A stretch of DNA of 63,495 nt, the filler included, from Octopus bimaculoides (taxonomy: Eukaryota): assembly GCF_001194135.2 (NCBI RefSeq). It is 12 parts of 11 records of this genome, joined end to end, with 100 filler letters (N's around TTAATTAATTAA, not from the genome) between each part and the next. Parts side by side here need not be neighbours in the genome. Positions count along the whole stretch, not along the records: positions 8,239 to 16,744 come from NC_068987.1; positions 16,845 to 33,205 come from NC_068988.1; 10 more parts are not named here. One strand, given 5' to 3'. The position numbers and the translations under genes are program-made. Numbering within the stretch: the first letter of the stretch is position 1; the number at the start of each line of letters is the position of its first letter. The notes under the pieces were generated by a model. That model had not been told where the DNA came from and searched no databases. It saw only the letters and a list, made by a program, of their open reading frames with translations. Positions 13,849 through 25,375 of this stretch are shown here, piece after piece.

Positions 13849-14170
13849 TCTACCACATAAATGCAAATCTATGTGGTTATGTATACGTTTTTAACTCCGA
13901 AAGCCTCTAAAACTATGCATCCTCGAGAAAAACCGAATTTGGTTTTCGAAATCTGTATCCGAAAGAGAATGTTGTCCGTAAATAATAATAAGAATTTTCT
14001 ACGAGAAGTAACTCAACTTTTAGATCTACAAATATCACACTCTCTATCTGTCAACATCTCACTCTCTGTATATATATTAACTCTCATGCACTACTTTCAT
14101 TTTGTTTAAAACTTCGTCTGCTAATGTTTACTTTCATTTTATGACAACTATGGACACAGTACATTTTTAC

Positions 14171-14300
14171 CTAAAATCTCCAAGAAGGTAAGGAGATAGA
14201 CAAAGTAAGTGTCCTTTCGCAAATAATGCTCCAACTGCAGATGACATCAGGTAGCCCAAACAGTGCCAGTGGTTTACTCAACACACCAACACACTAACTG
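14171..14300 (-). other. Possible upstream non-coding exon of the PNT gene
   Basis: Donor-like TTAG|gtaaaa at 14171/14170 in unique sequence about 700 bp upstream of the first coding exon. The 5' limit is unknown. Confidence 0.2.
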
Positions 14301-14847
14301 ACATATACTCATTAGTCCAAAATGCTACACATACACGCGCGCACGCGCTCATATATATATATATACATTCATATACATATACCTACAACTCTTTCCATAT
14401 ATAATAAAATGAGATGGTAAAGGAATAAACGTTTATCTTATGAATTTCATTAGCTTACAGCTGTTTCTACAATAAGATGCAGCGCACCTCATATTTGAGT
14501 GCTTGAGTAACACCCTATAGCTTCCTCGGAGCTTCGAATATGAAGTGTAATTTATTTGGGGAAAGAATTACATATATATAGAATAAAATCATTACGAATG
14601 AGAAAGCCAACGTGCGTGTATGTGTATGAGCGTGTATGTGTGTGTGCGTGCGTGCATGTACATATGTATGCATGTGCTCAACATGTTCTCTGCGTTTCCT
14701 TCATGGGATTACACATAGAAAGTTCCCTTCCGAGGCCCAGACCTCCTCTCTTCCCGCCACCAATGTTATCCAAGAGAAAGGCAAAGGCCAATACAGCTTG
14801 GCACCAGTGACGTCATAACTCATTTCTACAGCTGAGTGAACTGGAGC

Positions 14848-15846
14848 GAGTCTAGGATATTTACCCCCAATGGACAATAACCCCACAAGGACAATTACCC
14901 CGAGGACAACAACCCCGTAGGACAATTACCCCTAAGCAGTTAATCCCCGATGTGTACCGTATTTTCCGGTGTATAAACCGCTATTTTTTTTTTACCAGTG
15001 TCATTAATTTACGCTCTGTTATCTGATAAAAGCCAAACTACTTACACAAATTTTCTGGAGCAGCTAAAATCATTGAAACAAGATTTAACACCCAAAACTA
15101 TCATGGTAGATTTTGAAAAGGCAGTGATTAATAGTTTACATTTGGCATTTCCACAAGCCAAGATAAACGGTTGTTTTTTTTCACTTTAGCCAAAGCATCT
15201 ATAAGAACACTCAATTTCACGGATTTCAACCGCGATACCAAGAAGATAAAGAGTTTTCAATGTCTATGAGAATGATAGCTGCTTTAGCTTTTGTTCCTGC
15301 TTGTGATGCTGAAAAAAACTTTTGAAACCCTAAGTGACATACTCCTACCAGAAACATATCCCTTGCAAGATTACTTTGAGGATTCATACTTAGCACGACA
15401 GCAAGAACCAGCGTTTGGAATGAATCTATGGAATATGTACAATAGAAAGTCGGATGAACTTCCAAGAACAAACAATGCTGTGGAAGGGTAGCACAGGAGT
15501 TTTTTTAAAAATCAAATGTTGGTCATTGCCACCCAAACATTTGGAAATTTTTGAACTAGATCAAAAGAGAACAAGCATTACAACAAGTACTTATGACTAT
15601 CCTTGACGGGTTTTGCTAAACAGCCATTTAGAAAGAAATATTTACATGTTTCAGCCCGTATCAATGCCGTAGTTAGCAATTATGAAAACATAAATGTGAT
15701 ACAATACTTGCAAGGAATCGCCTTTTATTTTCCACTTTTAGATGATGATTTAAAACTTCTTAATATATTGGAGAGGAGGTAATTAACCAAGGAGGGTAAT
15801 TGTCGTCGGGCGGAATTGTCCTAAGGAGTGAAATTGTCCTGATACG
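14848..15846 (+). mobile_element. Internally deleted MULE (Mutator-like) DNA transposon, 999 bp, with 8-bp TSD ACTGGAGC
   Basis: TSD at 14840-14847 and 15847-15854. Inverted subterminal GGACAATTACCC repeats. Transposase remnant YALL..K..TY..IMVDFEKA..GCFFHFSQ..YFE..PRTNNAVEG*H. Confidence 0.88.
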
Positions 15847-16333
15847 ACTGGAGCAACGCGAAATAAAATGCGTTGCTCAAAAACACGACAGCCCAGTCCG
15901 AGAATTGAACTCACTACTTCCTGATTGTGAACCCGTCACTATATCCACTGAGCCTTGCATCTTCACATGTTCTGGCGGTAGCTGTCCTATTAATATTAGG
16001 AGGTTTCTATTGTTGTTCATCCATGATCATTCCACCTTTTGTGTTCCTTTCTGAAGCTGGTAAGATAAGATTCAACGAAGATTAGACTACCATTTTCTAG
16101 TTGGTCAAGCGATAGGTTAGCTACCCACTCACTCCTTTTCTAACAACGCAATTAGGAGCGTGAGAATTTAGAAATGCTCTCCGTGTTGGTGTCAGGTTTC
16201 TAGAAGGAATCCAACTGTTATCCGGCTGCTGGTGTCGGGTTTAAACTGCTAATATCATTTGTGCATTAACTAAAGTGACAGAAGAGTTATATGTAATAAA
16301 TTCAAACACGTTTACGGTAGGACCTCATATATA

Positions 16334-16586
16334 TTGGGTTGGTGCATAATTATTTCAGCTTTTTTTTCAACAAATTTTATTCAACAAAAGCAATAACATG
16401 TAACAAAAGCATCTATAAATGATTATCCCGGAGAATATTCACCATCTACTTCAATTACTGCTTCCCATTTGCTTGGAATATGGTCAGTCCGTCATTTAAA
16501 AATGTTTTTGTTAAATATTGTTATTGTTTTTGTTGAATAAAATTTGTTGAAAAAAAAAAAGCCGCAATAATTATGCACCAACGCAA
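16334..16586. mobile_element. Mariner-derived MITE
   Basis: About 80-bp TIRs starting TTGGGTTGGTGCATAATTA, TA on both sides, internal remnant PSKWEAVIEVDGEY on the minus strand. Confidence 0.85.
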
Positions 16587-17052
16587 TATAAGAGACTGAA
16601 TTGGAAAACTTCAATTAGTTTAGATTTCCCTGGCAGTTTCAGGTTTACCTTGTAATTAAATACGCACTATTGCCTTGAGTCGACCAATGCCATCTGGATG
16701 TATTTGGTAGGCGCAAACTATATGGATGCCCGTTTTATATATATNNNNNNNNNNNNNNNNNNNNNNNNNNNNNNNNNNNNNNNNNNNNTTAATTAATTAA
16801 NNNNNNNNNNNNNNNNNNNNNNNNNNNNNNNNNNNNNNNNNNNNAAAAACAAAGAAATCTCATTAAGCATTGTTTCAACGTGATAACGTTACTGTCAGTT
16901 TGTTGTCTTAATTTAATAATGTCACAAAATTATTTTAGGTAGGTTGATTGGTTATCAAAAACATATTGAAATCAATATGAGTGGCGACATAGTAGTGCAT
17001 TATTTACATTATTTACATTTGACGAATATTTGTCGTCATCTTGCCTGTTGTT

Positions 17053-17098
17053 AACACAATGTTTCGGCTGATATACTCTCCAGCCTTCATCAGGTGTC
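17053..17098 (-). ncRNA. Minimal type I hammerhead-ribozyme motif in PLE terminal repeat (further copies 27850-27892 on -, 29433-29475 on +)
   Basis: GACAC-CUGAUGA-A-GGCUG(loop)CAGCC-GAAA-CAUU-GUGUU. Stems I and II pair and stem III has no loop. All three copies carry core lesions. Confidence 0.65.
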
Positions 17099-17162
17099 CT
17101 GGGGAAATTTCGAACATGGGTTCTCATTCCAAAGGTATTTTTCCGATGTTGTTGTTGTTGTT

Positions 17163-17597
17163 CAGTAGTTTTATTTTTATAGCGTGCTTTCACTTCACTA
17201 CCGAGCGCAGCTCTGTGTGCCTTGGGTATGTGCTGTGGTTTGCTATGATGCTCTTATGGTTACTGTATTGAAAGTGGATGTGTGCAGTGCCCAGTAGTGC
17301 AATTTTCTGTATGTTATATATATTTGTAAGTCCTGGTGTTTTTGTTCTGTATTTGTCTGAATATTTTTTTATTATACCTAAGGCACCTACTATGATAGGA
17401 ATTGTTTCTGTTTTTAGATTCCACATTCGAGTTACCTCTATTTCCAGGTCTTTGTATTTTGAAAGTTTCTCCATTTCTTTTAGAGAAACGTTATCATCTG
17501 CTAGTATTGATAAATCAATTAGGAAGCATTTTTTTTCTCCATGACCTCTGACAACTATATCCAGCCTATTGGCCTTAATTTCTCTATCTGTGTGTAT
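17163..17597 (-). mobile_element. 5'-truncated R4/Dong-clade element (RLE C-terminus + 3'UTR) inserted in the (AAT)n of a PLE
   Basis: IHTDREIKANRLDIVV..CFLIDLSI..DNVSLKEMEKLSKYKDLEIEVTRMWNLKTETIPIIVGALG..QKIALLGTAHI. Flanked by (AAT)n and (AAC)n. Confidence 0.9.
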
Positions 17598-18689
17598 ATT
17601 ATTATTATTCAGGTCACTGCCTGGAATCGAACTCGGAATCTTGGGATTAGTAGCCCATGCCCGTGGACATATGGCGTAGTGGTTAAGAGTAGTAGTGATC
17701 TGTCAAATAATCTCACTGTTGCTGTTTCTCAAAGAGCCACCTTCTTGAGAAATGATGTTGTAGGCGCATTACCCCCCCCCCACTCACTTGAATGCGGGTA
17801 AACAAGCTGGCTATACCGAGATAGCGGACATTACACAGCATTACCTCATCTCTTCCTCTTTCTGCATTGGGACCTCGAACTGTAAAGATGTGATCTCGCC
17901 TCTCTCGACACCCACCAGCTTTCGGACAGGAGCACAGCACAGAAGACCATGGCCTTTACACACCAACCATTCTATTTATCATTCCATTGTGTATATATGT
18001 ATGGCCACAACAAATGTGTTTAAGTTGCAACTTAGCTTGTATTTGTTTTTCATCCGGGTTTACTACCAGTGAAATTACAGCCTTCTGAGAGTTATATTAG
18101 GTGATTCATAATGACCTGCACCATCTAAAATGTTATTGAAATCATTCGCACATACAGATACATGCACAAATGACAGGTTTTTTTCTGTTTCTGTCTACCA
18201 AATTCACTCAGAAATCTTTGGTCATCCCAAGGCTATATTAGAGGACACTTGTCCAACGTTCCACACAGTGGGACTGAACCAGGAAATGTGGTTGAGATGC
18301 AAGTTTTGTTACCACACTGCCATGCCAAAAGAAAAAAAAATGAATATATGGGACTGAACCTAAAACCATGTGGTCGGTAAGCAAGCTACTTACCACACAG
18401 CCACTCCTACGCCTATGCTGATAAAGATATAAAATGAATATGTTAATATAAGATATCATATGTTGTAAGTAACAATAAGTAGAAAACGTATATCAAGACA
18501 AGTGATGTTCATAGCCACTTCAACATGTTACTGAAATCTGGTGTTGAACCAATGAGTGTTGGGTTTGATTCCCTAAGCTTGAGGAAAATTTAATCCAAAA
18601 CATCATGGTCAAAATCAAGCTTGCCTAAAGGGTTAAGGGGTAGAGACCCCCTTCAGTTATGAATGACTATGGGTTTGCACTTAGAATGT

Positions 18690-18965
18690 TAGCCTCTGAG
18701 GCACAGGTCTGGGCAAGGTTGTTTATGGAAGACCAGCAGTCGCCCATGCATATCAGCCTCCCCTCTCCATGCCACTGATGTTGCCCAAAGGAAAGGCAAA
18801 AGCTGATACAGCTTGGCATTAGTCATGTCGCAATTCGTTTCTACAGCTGAGTGAACTGGAGCAACATGAAATAAAGTGTCTTGCTCAAGAGCACAATACA
18901 CAGCCTAGTCCAGGGATTGAACTCACTACCTCATGATTGTGAGGCCGATGTTCTAACCATTGGAC
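18690..18965 (-). mobile_element. SINE family D; copies at 14720-14847 + 15855-15960 (split by the MULE) and 41300-41500
   Basis: tRNA-like head on the minus strand (A box, gagttcaat B box). Three alignable copies. Confidence 0.8.
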
Positions 18966-19537
18966 CATCTATTTTACCTGGAAATATCAGGCATTGTGTC
19001 AAATTATCTAACGAAAAGGTACATTTTGTGAACATAGACAAAATTGTCATTAAATGCCAACTGTTCAATTTCTACAAAAGATTACGTTTGCACGTGCATA
19101 CATGTTTTATAAGGACACCGAGGCTAGGAGAATATAGCCAAGAGGTTAGAGAGATACCAACTGGAGAATGATATTTACAAAAAGATACATAATGAGGAGT
19201 TTCATTTCGAGCAGAGACTGATTTAAATAAAGCATTCCAAAAAGAGGCACAAGGCCTGAAATTTGGAATAGAAGGTTAGTCAATTACATTGATCCTAGTG
19301 CTTGACTGATGCTTATTTTGTTGACCCTGAAAGGGTGAAATGCAAAGTTGGCCTTGGCAGCATTTGAAAATTCAGAATGTAAAGCCAACAGAAACGCCAT
19401 GAAACTGAGTAGCCTCTACGAAATGTTGACCACAGAATTGTAAAATCTGAGTTTTAGTTTGAAACAAATTCAGCAGTATTAGATTTCTACAAACATCTAT
19501 CATAGTAAACTCAAGATTTTGTTTTCTGCCTTTACCA

Positions 19538-20150
19538 TCATCATCATCATCATCATCGTCCGCTTTCCATGCTAGCATGGGTTGGACGATTTGACTGAGG
19601 ACTGGTGAAACCAGATGGCTACACCAGGCTCCAATCTGATTTGGCAGAGTTTCTACAGCTGGATGCCCTTCCTAACGCCAACCACTCAGAGAGTGTAGTG
19701 GGTGCTTTTACGTGTCACCTGCATCTCCATGGGGTGGACAGTTTGACAGGTGCTGACCAGCTGAAGGGCTGCCCAAACTCCATGTTTGTTTTGGCATGGT
19801 TTTTTACGGCTGAATGCCCTTCCTAGCATCAACCACTTTATAGAGTGTACAAGGTGTCTCTACACAGATGCATTTACGTGGAACTGGCACACATAGAGTG
19901 CTTTTTACATGGTACCAGCACCCCCAAACTTGCAAAATTAGGATCAGTTCAGCTGGAGAGGGATGCAGGGGACAACCACAATTTTACTTAGCCTGACATG
20001 TCCCCTTAAGCACAGCAAACCATCATAAAGTCTCAGTCCCTTGTCATCCCCTTTGTGAGGCCCAACATCTGAAGATCCTTTCTCAACACTAATACTTCAT
20101 CCCCCGCCTTCCTGGGTCTATCTTTTCCACATGTTCCCTCCACAATTGCA
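19538..20150 (-). mobile_element. Two stacked RTE-type 3' ends; related copies at 20760-21036 (+) and 25705-26090 (-)
   Basis: Shared ggatgcccttcctaacgccaac motif and (CAT)n tails. VEGTCGKDRPRK..RKDLQMLGL at 20000-20150. Confidence 0.75.
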
Positions 20151-21208
20151 AAAATCTTTCTACACCTAAGTGACATAATTCATCACCAATATATAATCTC
20201 GATGAACAGAACAGCGTATCAGAGACAAGACATCAGCATATATGTCCTATTTTCTACATCAGTAGAAAATATCAAAATTATTTGAAGATAGTTGGACTCT
20301 CCAGCATAATATTTCGTTGTTCTTTGTTTTGCAGTTATAAGATTAATCAAACATAAAACCCTAATTACTGTTTCTTATCGTGTACTTCCCCATTGTGTAC
20401 ATGTACTTCCCCTTCCCCTGTAGCCTACCTCACCTTGTCACCTTTCTTATCTTCTCCTGTCCCCACCCCACCTGCTCTCTTCTTCAGCTCATGATTTATT
20501 GGTCATCACCCTTCCACCCTACTTTATTTTTTACAGTTACAGGTATTCCACCCCATCCCCTCATCTGCACACACGCCCACACAATTTTGAAACCTCCGCT
20601 ACATTTCTACACAACCCATGCCTTGAAGGGCTACTTGAACACCCTCATCTTCGCTATCTATCACTTCACAGGTCCTACTGATCATTGCCTCCCTCCCCTG
20701 CTAAATGTGAGTAACCATCTAGCTCTTGTACAAGAACCTGCTCTTCCCTTGCCTGTCATACTTTAACCCATTTGGCCCCTAGCATAAAGCTGTTCTGTTC
20801 CGCCACCTCTCTTTGGGTTCATACTCTTGTGAGCTATATGGTGACCTCAATAGGACTGGTGGCTTGAAAAAGGACCCAGTACATGTTTAAAATGGTTGGC
20901 ATTAGGAAGGGTATCCAGCCATAGAAACCATGCCAAAACAACAATGGAATGTGGTGCAATCCTTGGACCCAATGGATCTTTGTCAAAGTGTCCAGCCAAT
21001 GCCGGTGCAGAACATGTATGTTAAATGTTGATGATGNNNNNNNNNNNNNNNNNNNNNNNNNNNNNNNNNNNNNNNNNNNNNNNNNNNNNNNNNNNNNNNN
21101 NNNNNNNNNNNNNNNNNNNNNNNNNNNNNNNNNNNNNNNNNNNNNNNNNNNNNNNNNNNNNNNNNNNNNNNNNNNNNNNNNNNNNNNNNNNGTGTGTAGG
21201 TCTCTCTG

Positions 21209-21295
<87 letters not shown>

Positions 21296-21302
21296 ATGTA
21301 TG

Positions 21303-21357
<55 letters not shown>

Positions 21358-22254
21358 ATATATATATAGGGAGAAAACAAGAAGAAAATGGAGAATAAAT
21401 GGATATAATTAATAATTTATTTATATGTTACAAAAAGATTTTTTTTTTTTAAATAAGTACAAATAAATTGATTAGAACTTCGAAGCTCAAAGAAAAATAA
21501 ATCAAAATAAAAAAAAAAGGGAAAAGAACCTACATATATGTTTCAGTCCTATCATCTAGTTGGTGGTAATTTCAAAGCATTTGGTTTAATGCTAAGAAAC
21601 TTACCACGTTCTAACTACATGGTGGTAGGACTTCTTCAAGGTTAATATAGAGCTCATGTTACTTAGGTAATCATGTTTTCTTTTGAGTGAAGTATAGAGT
21701 ATTAGTGGGTTAAAAGCTATATATTGAAAGTGTATTTGGTTGATGGGTTTTAAATATTTGTGAATATACCATATATTATAATTTGAAAACATAAATTGAT
21801 AAATAAAGTATGCATAAAATTTCAAATCAAGATAAAATAAAATAAAATGACACTAAAACATAAAACAATAATATAAAATAAAACACAATAAATAAAATAA
21901 AATAATATAGACTAAAAATAAAATCTATAGATTATTCTTATTGATTTAATGAGAGAGACATATGTGATAGCCATTAACTTAGGATATGTAAATACATATT
22001 TAAATGCAAATTTTTGATTAAGGTAACTGGACATTGGGACAATAAACATCAAATACATGGTGGCTCATACATATTTTATTAAGCATATGTCTGTAAATAG
22101 ATATGCATACACACACATTTATGCTTATACATGCGTATATATAAAATATATGCAGACACATACATGTGCATACACAAACATACATATAGGGAGACTGACA
22201 AACTGCTATGGATATATTTGCACAACATATGATAATACATACGTACATATATAC

Positions 22255-22257
22255 ATA

Positions 22258-22302
<45 letters not shown>

Positions 22303-22521
22303 ATATATATATATAAGTATATATGTGTGTATATATATGTGTGTGTGTGTATATAAGTATATATATGTATATATATGTGTGTGTGTGTGTATATAAGTAT
22401 ATATATGTATGTGTGTGTGTATATATATAAGTATATACATGTATATATATGTGTGTGTATATATATAAGTATATATATGTATATATATGTGTGTGTGTGT
22501 ATATATAAGTATATATATATG

Positions 22522-22552
<31 letters not shown>

Positions 22553-22600
22553 ATATATATAAGTATATATATATATGTGTGTATGTATATATATGTATAT
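22255..22600. repeat. Higher-order microsatellite: (GT)n(AT)n-AAGT-(AT)n units repeated several times
   Basis: A recurring tataagtata spacer between dinucleotide runs. Confidence 0.8.
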
Positions 22601-22672
22601 ATTAAATTCAAATTACGACAAACGTAAATAAACAAGCGAACCTTGCTTTTAGAAGCGTTGAGATGTCTTTTT

Positions 22673-22915
22673 TATAGAAAGTTTAAAGAAGTGATGTTTA
22701 AATTCTCAATTGCAGAATAATGCTAATAATATAGCCTGAACAGGATAAACTATCCCTATTTTGCAGAGAAAAGTGTAGGGGGCTAGCTGTGGGGACACAC
22801 AGCTAGCCACCTACACTTTTCTCTGCAAAATAGGGATAGTTTATCCTGTTCAGGCTATATTATTAGTATTATTCTGCAATTGAGAATTTAAACATCACTT
22901 CTTTAACTTTCTATA
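22673..22915. repeat. Near-perfect 243-bp hairpin (about 119-bp arms, 6-nt loop GGGACA)
   Basis: Arms are complementary apart from two substitutions and one 1-nt indel. Confidence 0.95.
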
Positions 22916-23016
22916 TGTATATATATGTGTATGTATGTATATATATGTTTGTATATATATGTTTGTATATATATATATGTTTGTATATATATGTTTGTAT
23001 ATATATATATATGTAC

Positions 23017-23062
<46 letters not shown>

Positions 23063-23064
23063 AT

Positions 23065-24870
23065 GTCAGGTCACTTGTGAGGCTCTCATAAGTGCTACTG
23101 GTAACATGTAATCCAGTACAACCTGTTGCATGGTCGGGTTGCCGGCGGCTAAACTGGCACCCCCACCAGGCTATCCTGGTGAGGAGGGTTGCTAGAAACC
23201 CAGCAGGATTAAAAACAACACCTGTTGAAATCTCGGATGGACCTAGTGCAGGCTCAACAGCTATCTAGCAATAGCACGGGTACACAGAAATTCAGGGATG
23301 GTGTCCGGTGTGTGCTGAAAGACCACTGAGAGTGAGGCACCACTCAGCTTTTGTTGAAGCATGTCTCTAGGAGAAGGTCACTCTGATATAAAACCAGATA
23401 TGCAGGGCATGGCATTGGACATTTTGGGGATCTTTAGTTTGTGCTGGAGATCATGGTGCCCCCACAACCCTGAACCTGCGACTCATATTGGCACCAGACA
23501 TCTTGCTCTGGCTTGTCTTTGGATAATGTCAATAAAGTGGAGAGGGTCTATGAGGTGTTGTGCACGCCTTATTGGACCTAAAACTCTGCACAGGCATTGC
23601 TGACCTCGTTCGATATGTGCATTTTTGTTTTTTTCCCCCTATATATATTTATCTTATTTTTAGTATATATTTGACTTATTTTTAGAACATATTTTCTTCA
23701 TTTTTAGTATATATTAATATATTTTTAGTTTCCCCCCACTATATATATTTATCTTATCTTTAGTATATACTTAGCTTATTTTTGGTATATATTTTCTTCA
23801 TTTTTAGTATATATTTATCTTATCTTTAGTATATACTTAGCTTATTTTTGGTATATATTTTCTTCATTTTTAGTATATATTTATATATTTTTAGTTGTTT
23901 TTTCTTTTTATTTGGAAGTCCTGTGGTGGTGAAGCATGCAGACCTGACGGGTTGGAAGCATGTGGTCAGCAACCTGCATGTAGACNNNNNNNNNNATATA
24001 CTTAGCTTATTTTTGGTATATATTTTCTTCATTTTTAGTATATATTTATATATTTTTAGTTGTTTTTTCTTTTTATTTGGAAGTCCTGCGGTGGTGAAGC
24101 ATGCAGACCTGACGGGTTGGAAGCATGTGGTCAGCAACCTGCATGTAGACAGCCCATGTTAGATAACAAGTTGTCTCCTTGTCACCCAAGACAGCAGTAG
24201 GATTCGGTTGCTGCATGGGTGTCTGAGCAGCTCCATTTGGAAAGGGCACTGCTCACCTGGAGGCCGGGGAGGTTCTAGAAAAGGCGAACCAAAAATTGCC
24301 TGTCTTTCCATATCTGGTCAGTTTAGCGCGACTGATAGATGTCCACCCTGCCCTCGAAAAACAAAGAGTCTTTTATTTATAAAATCTGGACGGAACTTAA
24401 ACATTTCATGTTGGAATGTGCGCACTTTGTTGGACAACAAGCGTGATTGTAGGCCTGAAAGATGCACTGCACTTGTTGCTCATGAACTGAACCGTTATAA
24501 AATTGATATAGCTGCACTCTCAGAGACTCGTATAGAAGGTGATGGTCAGCTTGAGGAAGTAGGAGGTGGATACACCTTTTTTTGGAAGGGAAGGCAGAGG
24601 GAGGAGCACAGAGAGGCTGGTGTTGGTTTTGCAGTTCGATCTGATATCCTTAAGAAGTTGGAAGAGCTCCCTGTTCCTATAAATGAACGTATAATGACTC
24701 TACAGTTGCACTTGAAAGGTAGGCGGTTTGCTAATCTAATAAGTGCCTATGCACCTACTTTGACTAGCTGTGATGAAGATAAAACAATCTTTTATACCCA
24801 GCTGAGAGCCATACTTAGAAAAATCCCCAATTCTGATAAAGTCATTCTACTGGAGGATTTTAATGCTAGG
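23065..24870 (+). mobile_element. RTE-clade (BovB-like) LINE 5' part: 5'UTR + APE endonuclease (about 24388-24870), 3'-truncated
   Basis: CWNVRTLLD..RPERCTALVAHELNRYKIDIAALSETR..GYTFFWKG..GVGFAV..ISAYAPT..DFNARV. Confidence 0.9.
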
Positions 24871-25217
24871 GTCATAACTTTCTTAGCATTAAATCAAATG
24901 CTTTGAAATTACCACCAACTAGATGATAGGACTAAAACATATATGTAGGTTCTTTTTCCTTTTTTTATTTTGATTTATTTTTCTTTGAGCTTTCAACTTC
25001 TAATCAATTTATTTGTAGTTAGTTTTTTTCAAAAATGTCATCTTTTTGTAACATACAAATAAATTATTATTTACATCCATTTATTCTTCATTTTCTTCTT
25101 GTTTTTCCTCAATATTGATTATTTCAATAATCTTCAACATATACCAATGACTTTCGCATTATATGATACAAATGAAACCAGTGGAATACCTTGGATATGA
25201 CTTCCTCGAATTAACTA

Positions 25218-25243
<26 letters not shown>

Positions 25244-25248
<5 letters not shown>

Positions 25249-25375
25249 AGGGCATTACTACAGAATAATGCCACACATTAGACTTCACAAATAAACACAT
25301 TTTAGTACCGGTACTAAAATGTGTTTATTTGTGAAGTCTAGTGTGTGGCACTATTCTGTAGTAATGCCCTTATAT
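25244..25375. repeat. 132-bp loopless palindrome (66-bp arms, centre GTACC|GGTAC)
   Basis: Two mismatches. Lies next to (TA)n. Confidence 0.95.

Larger units (their letters stand above)
16990..17690 (-). mobile_element. Third copy of the same PLE 3' module, split by the Dong insertion
   Basis: 16990-17150 and 17598-17655 align colinearly with 27825-28010. Confidence 0.85.
21370..25110. repeat. About 235-bp inverted repeat pair (21370-21605 and 24872-25110)
   Basis: The arms align as reverse complements, for example gtcctatcatctagttggtggtaatttcaaagcatttg. Confidence 0.85.

Noticed and set aside
23830-24145. Direct duplications either side of 10-N gaps (also 50197-50305, 51505-51610)
   Set aside because: These look like unmerged contig overlaps.
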